NCBI GenBank assembly: GCA_034664845.1
Contig: JAXDGW010000027.1
Span: 65,687-129,686 of the forward strand
Reading direction: 5' to 3'
Length of the DNA stretch: 64,000 bases
From: Thermoanaerobaculia bacterium
Lineage (GTDB): Bacteria > Acidobacteriota > Thermoanaerobaculia > Gp7-AA8
The stretch's first letter is position 1. Each line of letters starts with the position of its first letter. Positions 18,641 through 28,564 of this stretch are shown piece after piece. The position numbers and the translations under genes were made by a program. Under the pieces are notes generated by a model that was not told where the DNA came from, did no database searches, and saw only the letters and a list, made by a program, of their open reading frames with translations.

Positions 18641-21505
18641 TCACACTGCTCCCAGCAACACGATGTCGCGCGACTGGATGTAATGCGTCAGCACGATGCG
18701 CTTGCCGTCGGACGACCAGTCGTAGTTCGCGATGAAGCCATCCGTGAAATTCGTCAGCGCCACGGGCGGACCGCCAGCTAGTGGTTGCATGAAGAGATTG
18801 TCCTGCTTGCCGTCGTGCTTGATGTAGATGATGCCTTTGCCGTCGCGGGTCCAGCGGTAGAGACGGCCGTTCAGGTCGAGGACGCGCAGCGGAGCGCCGC
18901 CGTCGAGGTTCAGGATGGCCAGTTTCGCGGGTCCGAGTTGAGTCCCGCGATACGAGCATGCGATCAACGTTCCGTCGGGCGAGACCGAGCTGTAGTTCGA
19001 GCCTTCCGCGGCGAGCCGCGTGACTGCGCCGCCGGCGATGGCCACCTTGAACAACTTGATCGCCTGGCCTTCGAGCGTCGAGAAGATGACGGTGCGTCCG
19101 TCGGGCGTGATCTGAAGTGACCACAGTACCGCGGCCGCGTTGGTGATCGTCGCCGCCTTCCCCCCTTCGATGGGGACGCTGATGAGCGATGAGCGGCTCG
19201 TAGTCTCGTCGCCGGAAACATAGACAATCTGCTTTCCGTCGGGAGAGAGGATGAAGTCATAGATTGCGGCGGCGCTTGTGATCTCGCGCTGTTGCCCGCC
19301 GTCGGTGTTCATGCGCCAGAGCGATGACCGACCGTGAACGCGGCTGCTGTAGACGATCGTCTTTCCGTCGCTCGTGACGATCGGATGCGACTCCAATCGC
19401 GCGTCGTTCGTGAGTTGGCGGGCATCGGATCCGTCCGCGTTGGCAATCCAGAGATCCGCGGTTCCGCCGGCGGCGGACGAGTAGACGACGCGGCCGTCGC
19501 GCGTGGTCGTCAGGCCGGACATTCCGTCGGCGCTGCCGAGGCCGCGGGTCAACTGCGTCGATGCGCTGCCGGGAGCCACCGACCAGATCGCGGACTGATA
19601 TTTCGATTGAATTGCGGCGATCGACTTTCCGGTCCAGCGCGGCTCGGCGTAGTCGTCGGCATCGTCGGTTAGGTTGGCCACCGTGCGGCTGCCAAGGTCG
19701 ACGCGAAGCAGTTGCCAGTGCCCGGCCAAACGCTCGTCGAACGCGCTCACAAGCAGTGTGTCGTTCGTCGTCCACGTGATGTCGCGAATCGTGCCGGGTG
19801 CGACGATCGGGACGCTCTTTTTCGCGCCCGTGTTGACGTCGATGGTGAAGAGAGTGTGGCCGTGCGGGACCGCGATCTGCGTTCCGTCGGGGGACCATGA
19901 AGGCGACAGCGCCCCTTCCGGTCCCGGAAGCGACGCCAGAACCCGTTCGTGCGATCCGTCGCGCGCCGTGATGAGGAGGCGGCTTTCTCCCTTCTCCAGC
20001 ACGTCGCGCGTAACGGCCAGTTGTTTGCCGTCGGGCGACGGCGTAACCGCGGTGTCCGCATCGGCGATCAGGCGCGCTGGCGTGCCGCCCAGCAGCGGCA
20101 CTTCGACGACCGCGCCGAAGATCGTTCCTTCGTAGCGCGTCGCCAGCAGATGGTTTCCATCGGAGGAAAACGCCAGGCCGTGGTACTCGGCTTTCGGCAA
20201 TGGCGGAAGAATCGCGACGCGGCTGCCGGTGGCGATCTGCTGCAGCCACACTGCCGGACCGGCCGCTTCATCGTAGATCGTGTACGCGGCGAAACGGCCG
20301 TCGGGAGAGATGGCCAGATGACCGACGTGACCATTCGTCGTGATGCGTTGCAGCGCCGCGCGCGCGGCCGGAAGGGTTGGTGCCGATGCAGGCATACGGA
20401 GATTGATCTGCCAGCCGATGATTGCGACGACGACCGCTGCGGCGAATGCCGTCAGCCAACGTTTGGCGGGAAGGTTCTTGCGCCCATCGGCCTGAACAAC
20501 GAGACGGTCGATGTTGGCGGCCGCCGTGGTGCCGACGGCCGCGGCGCGCAGATCGAGTGCGACGTCGCGAATCGATTGATAGCGGTACTCGCGGTCTTTC
20601 TCGATGCACTTGCCGATGATGCGGCGGAGCTCGTTCTGGAGGTACTCGTTTGGATGCGCAACCGGCGGAGGCGTGCCGTGCAGCACGTCGTGGAGCGTGT
20701 CGACGAACGACTCACCGGTGAACGGCCGCGCGCCTGCGACCGTCTCATACACAATGCAGCCGAAGGAGAAAACGTCGGAGCGCTGATCGATCACCTTCCC
20801 CAGAATCTGCTCCGGCGACATGTAGCCAGCCGTTCCGATCAACTCTCCCTGCTGCGTGATGGCGCGCATCGTCGGCGAGTCGGCACCGATCGGATTCCAG
20901 CCGTTCGATGGCTCCACCAGCTTTGCCAATCCGAAGTCGACGACTTTCGCGTAACCCTCGGCCGACACCATGATGTTGTCCGGCTTGAGATCGCGATGAA
21001 CGATGCCGGCCGCGTGCGCTTTGCCGAGGCCCTCGGCAGTTTGCGCGAGCACTTCGAGACGGCGTGCGATCGGAGGGTTGCTCGTATTGAACTCGCGAAG
21101 CGTCTGGCCTTCGATCAACTCCATCGCGATGTAGTGAACCTCTTCCGGACGCTGACGCTGATTCGTTCCTGCGATCGGCTGCACGATGCAGGACGGGCGC
21201 GCCTGGCCGATCTCGTAAATCGTGACGATGTGCGGATGGTTCAGCGCCGAGGCCGACTTCGCTTCCTGCGCGAAACGCTCCAGTCGCTCTCGGTCATCGG
21301 TCAGACCGGTGGGGAGAACTTTGAGCGCGACGCTGCGTCCGAGGCGTTCGTCGCGGGCGCGGTAGACATCGCCCATCCCGCCGGACGCGAGCAACGAAAG
21401 GATGCTGTACGGCCCGATGCTCGTCCCCTCTGGCAGCGGTTGCCGCGGGGGTTCCTCGTCGGCTACAAATCCGTGAGCCAGAATCCCGGCATCGACTGAT
21501 TTCAT
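18641..21505 (-). CDS. Ser/Thr protein kinase with transmembrane segment and C-terminal TolB-like (PD40) beta-propeller repeats
   Basis: Hanks kinase motifs (GGMGDVYRA, ALKVL, HRDLKPDNIMV, DFGLAK). TM helix (AAAVVVAIIGW). Repeated SPDG/SPDGK propeller blades. Confidence 0.8.
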   Translation of the reverse strand: MKSVDAGILAHGFVADEEPPRQPLPEGTSIGPYSILSLLASGGMGDVYRARDERLGRSVALKVLPTGLTDDRERLERFAQEAKSASALNHPHIVTIYEIGQARPSCIVQPIAGTNQRQRPEEVHYIAMELIEGQTLREFNTSNPPIARRLEVLAQTAEGLGKAHAAGIVHRDLKPDNIMVSAEGYAKVVDFGLAKLVEPSNGWNPIGADSPTMRAITQQGELIGTAGYMSPEQILGKVIDQRSDVFSFGCIVYETVAGARPFTGESFVDTLHDVLHGTPPPVAHPNEYLQNELRRIIGKCIEKDREYRYQSIRDVALDLRAAAVGTTAAANIDRLVVQADGRKNLPAKRWLTAFAAAVVVAIIGWQINLRMPASAPTLPAARAALQRITTNGHVGHLAISPDGRFAAYTIYDEAAGPAVWLQQIATGSRVAILPPLPKAEYHGLAFSSDGNHLLATRYEGTIFGAVVEVPLLGGTPARLIADADTAVTPSPDGKQLAVTRDVLEKGESRLLITARDGSHERVLASLPGPEGALSPSWSPDGTQIAVPHGHTLFTIDVNTGAKKSVPIVAPGTIRDITWTTNDTLLVSAFDERLAGHWQLLRVDLGSRTVANLTDDADDYAEPRWTGKSIAAIQSKYQSAIWSVAPGSASTQLTRGLGSADGMSGLTTTRDGRVVYSSAAGGTADLWIANADGSDARQLTNDARLESHPIVTSDGKTIVYSSRVHGRSSLWRMNTDGGQQREITSAAAIYDFILSPDGKQIVYVSGDETTSRSSLISVPIEGGKAATITNAAAVLWSLQITPDGRTVIFSTLEGQAIKLFKVAIAGGAVTRLAAEGSNYSSVSPDGTLIACSYRGTQLGPAKLAILNLDGGAPLRVLDLNGRLYRWTRDGKGIIYIKHDGKQDNLFMQPLAGGPPVALTNFTDGFIANYDWSSDGKRIVLTHYIQSRDIVLLGAV

Positions 21506-21801
21506 GAGCAACCTCCACTACGAAGACCCGCGTGGATTTATACGCGAGCATTCCCCAAGGTTCGTGGCTGAGCGGTGACGGTTCAGCGGCGGAACTGGAA
21601 GGAATGCATGCTCCAATCAGAGCGCCGCTGCGAACATGCTAGAGTCGCGGCGATGGGTACACCGATCTGGTGAGCTCATCGGCGACGCGATCACACTGGC
21701 GCCGTTGCTGCAAAAGTTCCCATCGAGAGCTGCACCGCCAAAGTTTCGCGAGGTCATCCTCGTGCTCTTGGCTGCGGTCGAAACCCGCTGAAAGGCACCA
21801 G

Positions 21802-22779
21802 ATGTCCTCATGTTCCCTTGAGCCCTCGGCAGAATTGCCGGTATCGGCGTCATCGCGTCACTCGGATGCACCAATCGTATCGAGCCTCGGCCCGGAGCCA
21901 TGGAAGAGTCCGTGGTGGAAGACCGCCAAAGGCGACGCCGCGACGTTCTACTACATCGTCGCGATCCACATTCTTGCCGCGATCGGCCTCATCTTTTTCC
22001 CGACGCCCGGCTGGCGCGTGATCGTTGCAACCGTCGCTCTCGGATGGATCGGCGGACTGGGAGTCACGGTCTGCTATCACCGCGCACTCGCTCACACCGC
22101 GCTCCGGCTGCATCCCGTCGTCAAGCACGCGCTCATCTTTTTTGCGATGTTCAACGGCTCGGGCTCACCCGATTCGTGGACGGCGAATCATCGCCAGCAT
22201 CACTCCAAAGTCGAGACGATTGATGACATCTCCAGCCCTGCCATCGGCGGCTTCTGGTGGGCGCATCTTCGCTGGCTGTGGCAGGCGGGAAACGTACCGC
22301 TCAACCGCTGGTGCCCCGATCTCAACAAACCGGAGTATCGGTTCTGGAATCGGATACAGATCCCGATGCTGGCAGTCTCGCTCTTCGGCGGTCTCGCCTT
22401 CGGACTTCCCGCCTTCTTCTGGCTCGGCTCGATGCGCCTGGTGATGTCGCTTCATGCGCAGTGCTTCGTCAACAGCATCGCGCACATGCGCGAGCATCGC
22501 GAGCATGGCGAAGACTCGTCGCAGAACATCGGATGGCTGGCACCGCTCCAGTTTTTTCAGGGCGAGAACTGGCACCAGAATCATCACGCCTCGCCGTCGT
22601 CGGCGAAGTTCGGATGGAAGTTCTGGCAGATCGACTTCGGCTGGTACAGCATCTTCCTGCTTGAGCTGGCCGGCCTGGCGACGTCAGTGAAGCGCCCGTC
22701 GAATCGGGATCGTGCCGCGGTACCAGCGGCTGCTCCTCACAATGTTGTGTTGGACCCGGCGCTGGATACGATTGCCTGA
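21802..22779 (+). CDS. Membrane fatty-acid (acyl-CoA/lipid) desaturase
   Basis: Three histidine boxes (HRALAH, NHRQHH, HQNHH) and hydrophobic helices. The upstream part of the longer ORF is Arg/Ser-rich junk. Confidence 0.7.
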   Translation: MSSCSLEPSAELPVSASSRHSDAPIVSSLGPEPWKSPWWKTAKGDAATFYYIVAIHILAAIGLIFFPTPGWRVIVATVALGWIGGLGVTVCYHRALAHTALRLHPVVKHALIFFAMFNGSGSPDSWTANHRQHHSKVETIDDISSPAIGGFWWAHLRWLWQAGNVPLNRWCPDLNKPEYRFWNRIQIPMLAVSLFGGLAFGLPAFFWLGSMRLVMSLHAQCFVNSIAHMREHREHGEDSSQNIGWLAPLQFFQGENWHQNHHASPSSAKFGWKFWQIDFGWYSIFLLELAGLATSVKRPSNRDRAAVPAAAPHNVVLDPALDTIA

Positions 22780-22853
22780 TCGATTCACGGCGGTTGTCCC
22801 TCGGCGAAAGCAGGAATCGGAGTACGATCCGATGAGCAGCCGAGGAGGAAGCA

Positions 22854-23276
22854 TTGAACTGTCCGCGTGATGCCGCAGTCCTGGAGTTGAAGTCGTTCGG
22901 AACCACCCAGGTGCAGACCTGCCCGAATTGCGGCGGGATGTTCCTCGCGCACGGACAACTGAACGAAGTGGCCGGCCCCATTCGCGGCGACCTCGAATTC
23001 TCGACCGTCGATCTCGACTCATTCCAGCACGAGGACGACTACGGCCCGATCATCTGCCCGCACGACGGCGCGTCAATGGGCAAGGTCGATTTCAACATCG
23101 ACACGACCATCATCCTCGACTACTGCAAGACCTGCCTCGGCTTCTGGATGGACGGCAAAGAGCTCGTCCGCATCAACGAAGAAGTAAAGCGCCTGAACGA
23201 AGCCGACGCCGAGGTTTCCGACCCGCTGCTCGTCCGCATCTCGCAGTTCTTCTGGAACCTGCCGTTGCCGCACTGA
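22854..23276 (+). CDS. Zinc-ribbon domain protein (zf-TFIIB-like)
   Basis: CPRD...CPNCGG and CPHDG...CKTCLG cysteine pairs. Confidence 0.5.
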   Translation: MNCPRDAAVLELKSFGTTQVQTCPNCGGMFLAHGQLNEVAGPIRGDLEFSTVDLDSFQHEDDYGPIICPHDGASMGKVDFNIDTTIILDYCKTCLGFWMDGKELVRINEEVKRLNEADAEVSDPLLVRISQFFWNLPLPH

Positions 23277-23284
23277 CGCGCCCA

Positions 23285-23500
23285 AACCGCTGTCTTCCAG
23301 AACGCTGTCATCCAGAACGCTGTCATCCTGAGCCGCCGTAGGACACGAAGTGCCGAAGGACGGTCGAAGGACCCCCCGATTCCTGCAGGTTGGGAAGGCA
23401 ATCAAAACCATCGCACAAATCAGGGGGTCCTTCGACGTCCTCCGGCACTTCGTGTCCTACGGCGATCTCAGGATGACAGCGTTTCTTTACGACTCGGAAA
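23285..23500. repeat. MITE-like palindromic element, family 1, copy 3
   Basis: gctgtcatcctgagccgccgtaggacacgaagtgccgaaggacggtcgaaggacccccc ... ggggggtccttcgacgtcctccggcacttcgtgtcctacggcgatctcaggatgacagc. Confidence 0.75.
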
Positions 23501-23607
23501 AGTGACGCAGCGCCCACCTTCCTCTACTATAGCCAGCAATCCCTAATCACTTCCTCGGCATCCCCAACGCGTCCAGTTGTCCCACCCACCTGACGAATGG
23601 AGGAGAG

Positions 23608-25173
23608 ATGAGAACGAAACGGCTTCGCAACGTCGCGGTTCCTTTTTTTGCATTGCTGCTTTGCGCACTATTACTCGCAATCGCAGGCTGTAAAAACGAG
23701 CAAAGTGTGTCGAACACCGATACGTCTGCCACTACCACCGCTGCTGCTTCGACCGACACTGCCGCTGCGCCCGCCGCTCCTTCGGCCGCGGCGCTGGCGA
23801 GCGGTCCCTCCACGTTCAATCCGGTCCCGCTGCCGGATCCGCACATTCCGGGGTACACGTTCCCCGAGCCCGAGCCGACGATCATCGACTGGACCAAGAC
23901 GAACAACCAGAAGGCCATCAACCTGCACGCGTGGGGCATCTGGACGGCGCTGACGCAGGAGACGACCGAGCATTTCGCCGAGCAGAAGCTGCGGGTGTTC
24001 GAGACGTGGGCGGATCCGGACGATCTGCAGGCGGCAAACATGACGATGGCCGCTCTCCCCACGATGCCGCGTCTCGCGCATCGGATGAAGCGCCCTCGCC
24101 AGTTCGAGCACGGCGCCGCCGCGGCCACGAGCATGGGCGAACAGACAGTCCTCGCGTTCGTGAAGTACGACCCCACCGGCGCGAGCCACATTACGACCAA
24201 CAAACTGCTCTCGTCCACCGCCCTGACCGCGCTGCGCACTGCTGGCAAGCCGGCCGTTCCCGATTTTCCCAACACAGCCCTCACGCTCAAGCCGGTCTTC
24301 CAGACGCTCGCGGGAAGCACGGTCGGCGGCGGACGTTACTACCAGCAGGCAACGTGGCCCGGATCGCCGCAGCTCACGCTCAACCCGAAAGACAACCTCT
24401 ACCACTCGATCCCGTTCCCGCAAAACTTGTGGAAGCAATGCGTCTGGATCGACGTCCAGGTCAAAGGAAAAGGGACGGGCACGGGAGCCGTCGATACGAC
24501 ATGCGCCGCGGACGGCTCGTCGCGAACGGACGCGAACACGTACGGCGTCGATCAGTTCATCCGCTTCCAGTTGACGAAAGCGGAAGCGGACCTCGAAAAC
24601 GCGCAGGGCCAGACTCCGCCGGCGAAGGCAGGCGATTTCTCGGTGCTGCTGGCGATGCACGTCACCTCCCGCGAGATCACGCGCTGGACGTGGGAGACAT
24701 TCTGGTGGGTCCCGAACCCCGACAGCCCGACCGCGCCGAGCTCGCCCGCGATCGCCGCCGACCGCCCAGCGCAGCTTCAGGGCGCGCCGCGCAACTACGC
24801 GCACTGCACTGCCTACGACATGGAGAATCCCGCCACGCCGCTCGTGGGCGGCAACAACAACGGCGATTCCATCTACTGCTTCAACCCGTACCTCGAGGCG
24901 CCGTTCACGCCTCACACACTTGCCTCTTCGATCCCAGGCAACACAACGCTCAACGGCAAGACGGTAAAGACAGCGAACAACGTCGGTGCGCAGACAAACT
25001 GCATGAGCTGCCACGCTCAAGCGAACTGGAATCCGCCCGTCAACCACAGCCTCTACACCGGCGATCAATACATCGCCATGGACGCGCCGCAGTTCAAGGG
25101 AAACCTCAAGGTCGACTTCCTCTGGTCGCTTCCCGATCTGGCGTGCCCGCAGCCGGGGAGCCCGTGTCCGTAG
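23608..25173 (+). CDS. Lipoprotein with Thr/Ala-rich linker and a single C-terminal CxxCH motif
   Basis: Lipobox LLLAIAGC. Low-complexity TTTAAASTDTAAAPAAPSAAALA linker. NCMSCHAQ near the C-terminus. Confidence 0.55.
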   Translation: MRTKRLRNVAVPFFALLLCALLLAIAGCKNEQSVSNTDTSATTTAAASTDTAAAPAAPSAAALASGPSTFNPVPLPDPHIPGYTFPEPEPTIIDWTKTNNQKAINLHAWGIWTALTQETTEHFAEQKLRVFETWADPDDLQAANMTMAALPTMPRLAHRMKRPRQFEHGAAAATSMGEQTVLAFVKYDPTGASHITTNKLLSSTALTALRTAGKPAVPDFPNTALTLKPVFQTLAGSTVGGGRYYQQATWPGSPQLTLNPKDNLYHSIPFPQNLWKQCVWIDVQVKGKGTGTGAVDTTCAADGSSRTDANTYGVDQFIRFQLTKAEADLENAQGQTPPAKAGDFSVLLAMHVTSREITRWTWETFWWVPNPDSPTAPSSPAIAADRPAQLQGAPRNYAHCTAYDMENPATPLVGGNNNGDSIYCFNPYLEAPFTPHTLASSIPGNTTLNGKTVKTANNVGAQTNCMSCHAQANWNPPVNHSLYTGDQYIAMDAPQFKGNLKVDFLWSLPDLACPQPGSPCP

Positions 25174-25199
25174 CAACGTAGCGGGTCGTAAAAACTTGA

Positions 25200-25233
25200 G
25201 CGCCGGCCGTGATGTTTACGGCCGGCGCTTTTT
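25200..25233 (+). terminator. Rho-independent terminator (GCGCCGGCCG-loop-CGGCCGGCGC-TTTTT)
   Basis: Perfect 10-bp GC stem, 9-nt loop and T5 tract, ~27 nt after the lipoprotein stop. Confidence 0.7.
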
Positions 25234-25269
25234 CGTGCGCTAGCCCGCATTTCTCACAATCTCATCGCG

Positions 25270-25500
25270 ACGCTCTGCAATCGAGTGCCTTCTCCCCCGC
25301 GCTTTTCCGCGGGGGAGAAGGTGCCGAAGGCGGATGAGGGGGTTGCGGATGCGATAAACATGTTCTCGCCGGGAGCGCTGTCCGATTGCAGTGCATCGGA
25401 TTCCTTTCAACACTTACGCGACTGAAAACGCCCCCTCGTCCGGCTTCGCCGCCTTCTCCCCCGCAAAAAGCGCGGGGGAGAAGGCGCTCGATTGAGAACG
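25270..25500. repeat. Inverted-repeat element: two ~70-bp arms, each a CCTTCTCCCCCGCG/CGCGGGGGAGAAGG hairpin, around a ~90-bp core
   Basis: Left arm ctctgcaatcgagtgccttctcccccgcgcttttccgcgggggagaaggtgccgaaggcgg. Its reverse complement recurs at ~25432-25500. Confidence 0.6.
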
Positions 25501-25602
25501 CCGTGCGCGATTCCGATGCAAGTGCGAGAAATCGAGGCTAAGCAAGGGCTCGGCGCAGCATCTGGATTTCGCGGCCGTTCCATCGCGTTCCACGCGAGGC
25601 TA

Positions 25603-27138
25603 ATGAGTGAATCCAAGCCTGAAAACGACGACGAGCTTCCGTTCGATGAGCGCGTGCGCATCGCCGCGGAGCTGCTCGAATCGCTCGACCGTGATCGCGG
25701 CCAACTCGTGCAGGTGAGCGCGGAAGAGCGCCAGCGCCTGCTGCACGCGACTCGCCGCGTTGCCGAGCCCGATCATCGCGCTCGCCGCCGGCTCGTCAAG
25801 GCCAGTGTGCGGGAGCGCAAGGCGGCGCGGATGAAACAGGACGATCAAGTCCTCAACTCTGCCGGCATTCGCGAGCTGCGCCGCAAGCCGGTCTACTCCA
25901 CGCCGAATTCGTATCGCGAAGAATCGGCGACGAAGGAAGAGCCGCGCAACCTCACCGAGTCGCAGCATTGCTACGTTTGCAAACAGCATTACCTCACCGT
26001 CCATCATTTCTACGATCAGTTGTGCCCCGCGTGCGGCGATCTCAATTTCGCCAAGCGCACGGAGCTGGCGGATCTGCGCGGCCGCGTGGCGTTGCTGACC
26101 GGCGGCCGCGTGAAGATCGGATACCAGGCCGGCCTCAAACTGCTGCGCGCCGGCGCGCACCTCATCGTGACGACGCGCTTTCCGCGCGACTCCGCGGCAC
26201 GCTACGCCCGCGAGGACGATTTCGCGGATTGGTCGGATCGCCTCGAGATTTTCGGGCTCGACCTGCGCCACACGCCGAGCGTCGAGGCGTTCTGCCGCGA
26301 GATGCTGTCGTCGCGCGATCGCCTCGATTTCATTATCAACAACGCCTGCCAGACGGTGCGCCGCCCGCCGGCGTTCTACGAGCACATGATGGAGTCCGAG
26401 ACCGCCGCGCTCCATACGCTCTCCGACGCCGAGCGTCACCTCCTAGGCGCCTTCGAAGGACTGCGCGGCTACCGAATGCTCCCCGAGGGATCGGCGCCGA
26501 TGAAGACGCTGAATCTGGAGGAAGTGACCGGATTGATGCACTCCGCACAGCTCTCGCAGGTTCCGCTGCTCGCGGACGATCATCACGAAGAGCGGGATCT
26601 TTTCCCCGAGGGACGGCTGGATCAGGATTTACAACAGGTGGATTTGCGTGGGCGCAACTCCTGGCGATTGCTGATGGCCGAAGTGTCGTCGGTCGAATTG
26701 CTGGAAGTGCAGCTTGTCAATGCCGTCGCCCCGTTCATCATCAACGCCCGTCTCAAGCCGCTGATGCTGCGGACGGCGAACCGCGACAAGCACATCGTGA
26801 ACGTCTCGGCAGTCGAAGGGCAGTTCTACCGTAATCAGAAGACGACGCGGCATCCGCACACGAACATGGCCAAAGCCGCGCTCAACATGATGACGCGCAC
26901 GGCCGCCGCCGATTACTACACCGACGGCATCCACATGAACAGCGTCGACACGGGCTGGGTCACGGACGAAGATCCCGCCGCGATCGCCGAGCGCAAGACT
27001 GCCGTACATCGCTTCCATCCGCCGCTGGACATCGTCGACGGCGCCGCCCGCATCGCCGATCCGATCATCTCCGGGATCAACACGGGCGAGCATGTGTGGG
27101 GGCAGTTCCTGAAGGATTACAAGCCTACGGATTGGTAG
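25603..27138 (+). CDS. SDR-family oxidoreductase with N-terminal zinc-ribbon region
   Basis: Rossmann motif LLTGGRVKIGYQAGLKLL. Catalytic region NNAC...; CYVCKQH...CPACGD. Confidence 0.6.
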   Translation: MSESKPENDDELPFDERVRIAAELLESLDRDRGQLVQVSAEERQRLLHATRRVAEPDHRARRRLVKASVRERKAARMKQDDQVLNSAGIRELRRKPVYSTPNSYREESATKEEPRNLTESQHCYVCKQHYLTVHHFYDQLCPACGDLNFAKRTELADLRGRVALLTGGRVKIGYQAGLKLLRAGAHLIVTTRFPRDSAARYAREDDFADWSDRLEIFGLDLRHTPSVEAFCREMLSSRDRLDFIINNACQTVRRPPAFYEHMMESETAALHTLSDAERHLLGAFEGLRGYRMLPEGSAPMKTLNLEEVTGLMHSAQLSQVPLLADDHHEERDLFPEGRLDQDLQQVDLRGRNSWRLLMAEVSSVELLEVQLVNAVAPFIINARLKPLMLRTANRDKHIVNVSAVEGQFYRNQKTTRHPHTNMAKAALNMMTRTAAADYYTDGIHMNSVDTGWVTDEDPAAIAERKTAVHRFHPPLDIVDGAARIADPIISGINTGEHVWGQFLKDYKPTDW

Positions 27139-27227
27139 GGTTTCGGGTCTTATCGCAGATCGATCTCAACGCGCACTGGTGCTACAATTCTGTCTCCATT
27201 TTCAATTGAAAAAAAGGAGACTGAACG

Positions 27228-27683
27228 ATGAGATCCAGAACGCTTGTCTGCGGTTTTCTTCTGCTGTCCCTGCTCGTGTTTCCCTCTATCGCCGCGCCAA
27301 AATTCGTCAACATGACGTTCGTCGGCAATTGGTCGACGAAATGGGCGCGCATTGACTATCCGGACTGCTCCGGGTGCACCGGGCATTGGGCTATGACGGA
27401 CCTGACGGTCACTCAAGACACCCCAGGCTCGAATAACGTACTCGATGGCACATGGACCGCGACCACACCCGATAAGTCGAAGACGTTAACCGGATACATG
27501 CACGGTACGTTTACGCCGAAAGATGGTGTCTGGACCGGTGTCTGGTGGACCGGCGGAATGTACGAGCACGGTAACTTCACATTTACCCTCGGTAACGCCC
27601 GCGGTGTTCGCTCGTTCTCAGGCAAATACACAGCGGCCAAGCATGGGGATACCACGTACGACTGGAATGGCTTCCTGAAGTAG
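27228..27683 (+). CDS. Small secreted protein, unknown function
   Basis: AAGGAG RBS. Signal peptide MRSRTLVCGFLLLSLLVFPSIAAP. AT-rich upstream region. Confidence 0.5.
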   Translation: MRSRTLVCGFLLLSLLVFPSIAAPKFVNMTFVGNWSTKWARIDYPDCSGCTGHWAMTDLTVTQDTPGSNNVLDGTWTATTPDKSKTLTGYMHGTFTPKDGVWTGVWWTGGMYEHGNFTFTLGNARGVRSFSGKYTAAKHGDTTYDWNGFLK

Positions 27684-27745
27684 CTCGATGATTGGGAGGC
27701 TGGGCAGGTGTTGCCCAGCCTCGCCGCGGGAGCGCCTGCGGTAGC

Positions 27746-28555
27746 ATGCGGCGCATGTCCACCCAACCACGTTTCTTCGCGACGATCGCCGCAATCGCGC
27801 TCTCCACCGTCACTCTTCTCGCACAACCCGCCAGTTATCGCGCCAAAGTCCAGAGCACGCCTCGCTTTCTCCAGACGGACCGCGATGCCGGTTTCGAGAA
27901 CGCAGGCGATCAGTTCTGCGCGCCCACCGCCGTCTCGAATTCGCTGATGTGGCTGGCGAATCATGGTTACAAGGAATTGAAGCCGGCCGCGAGCTCCGAG
28001 AAGGCCGCGCAGATCCGCATGATCAAGCTGCTGGCAGATTCGGACCTCATGAACACGAATCCTCAGAAAGGGACCGACGTCAGTGAGGTGATCGCAGGCG
28101 TTCAGGGTTACGTCGAGAACGCGGGATACGAGGTCGAGTCGCTGCAATATTCAGGATGGCGTCCGGCGCCCGAGGATGCGGCGGCCGGTGAGACGCCCGA
28201 CATCGATGCGGTCAAGGAAGCCATCGCCAACCCGCGCGGTGCCGCATGGCTGAATGTTGGCTGGTACCGGTATGACGAGGAGAGCGGTGATTACGCCCGC
28301 AGCGGCGGACACTGGGTCACCGTGGTCGGCTACGACGGCGACGATCTTCTGATTCACGATCCATCGCCGCGCGCCGGTACAGGATTCTCCACACAACGAA
28401 TTACGCTCGAAGCGATCGAAGAAGGTCAATTGACCGGCCGGCAGGCGAATCTTCCTCGTTCGGCGGAGGGCTATTTCATTGTCGGCGGCGAAATGAAGGT
28501 GTCGAAGAACATTACGTGCATTCTCGATGGCGCGGTCGTGATGAAGTTGCGTTGA
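27746..28555 (+). CDS. Secreted papain-like (C39-like) cysteine peptidase-family protein
   Basis: Signal peptide. Candidate catalytic Cys in DQFCAPTAVSNSLMWL and His in GGHWVTVVGYDGDD. This arrangement is typical of C39-like peptidase domains. Confidence 0.45.
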   Translation: MRRMSTQPRFFATIAAIALSTVTLLAQPASYRAKVQSTPRFLQTDRDAGFENAGDQFCAPTAVSNSLMWLANHGYKELKPAASSEKAAQIRMIKLLADSDLMNTNPQKGTDVSEVIAGVQGYVENAGYEVESLQYSGWRPAPEDAAAGETPDIDAVKEAIANPRGAAWLNVGWYRYDEESGDYARSGGHWVTVVGYDGDDLLIHDPSPRAGTGFSTQRITLEAIEEGQLTGRQANLPRSAEGYFIVGGEMKVSKNITCILDGAVVMKLR

Positions 28556-28564
28556 AAGCTCGCG

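Noticed and set aside
19257-20249. 330-aa and many other overlapping ORFs (both strands) inside 18641..21511
   Set aside because: All lie inside or antisense to the Ser/Thr kinase gene, which has clear Hanks motifs; Arg-rich junk translations.
23671-25176. 501-aa minus-strand ORF and 416-aa plus-strand alternative frame
   Set aside because: Overlap the lipoprotein gene. That gene has a proper lipobox, RBS and a downstream rho-independent terminator; the alternatives are Arg-rich.
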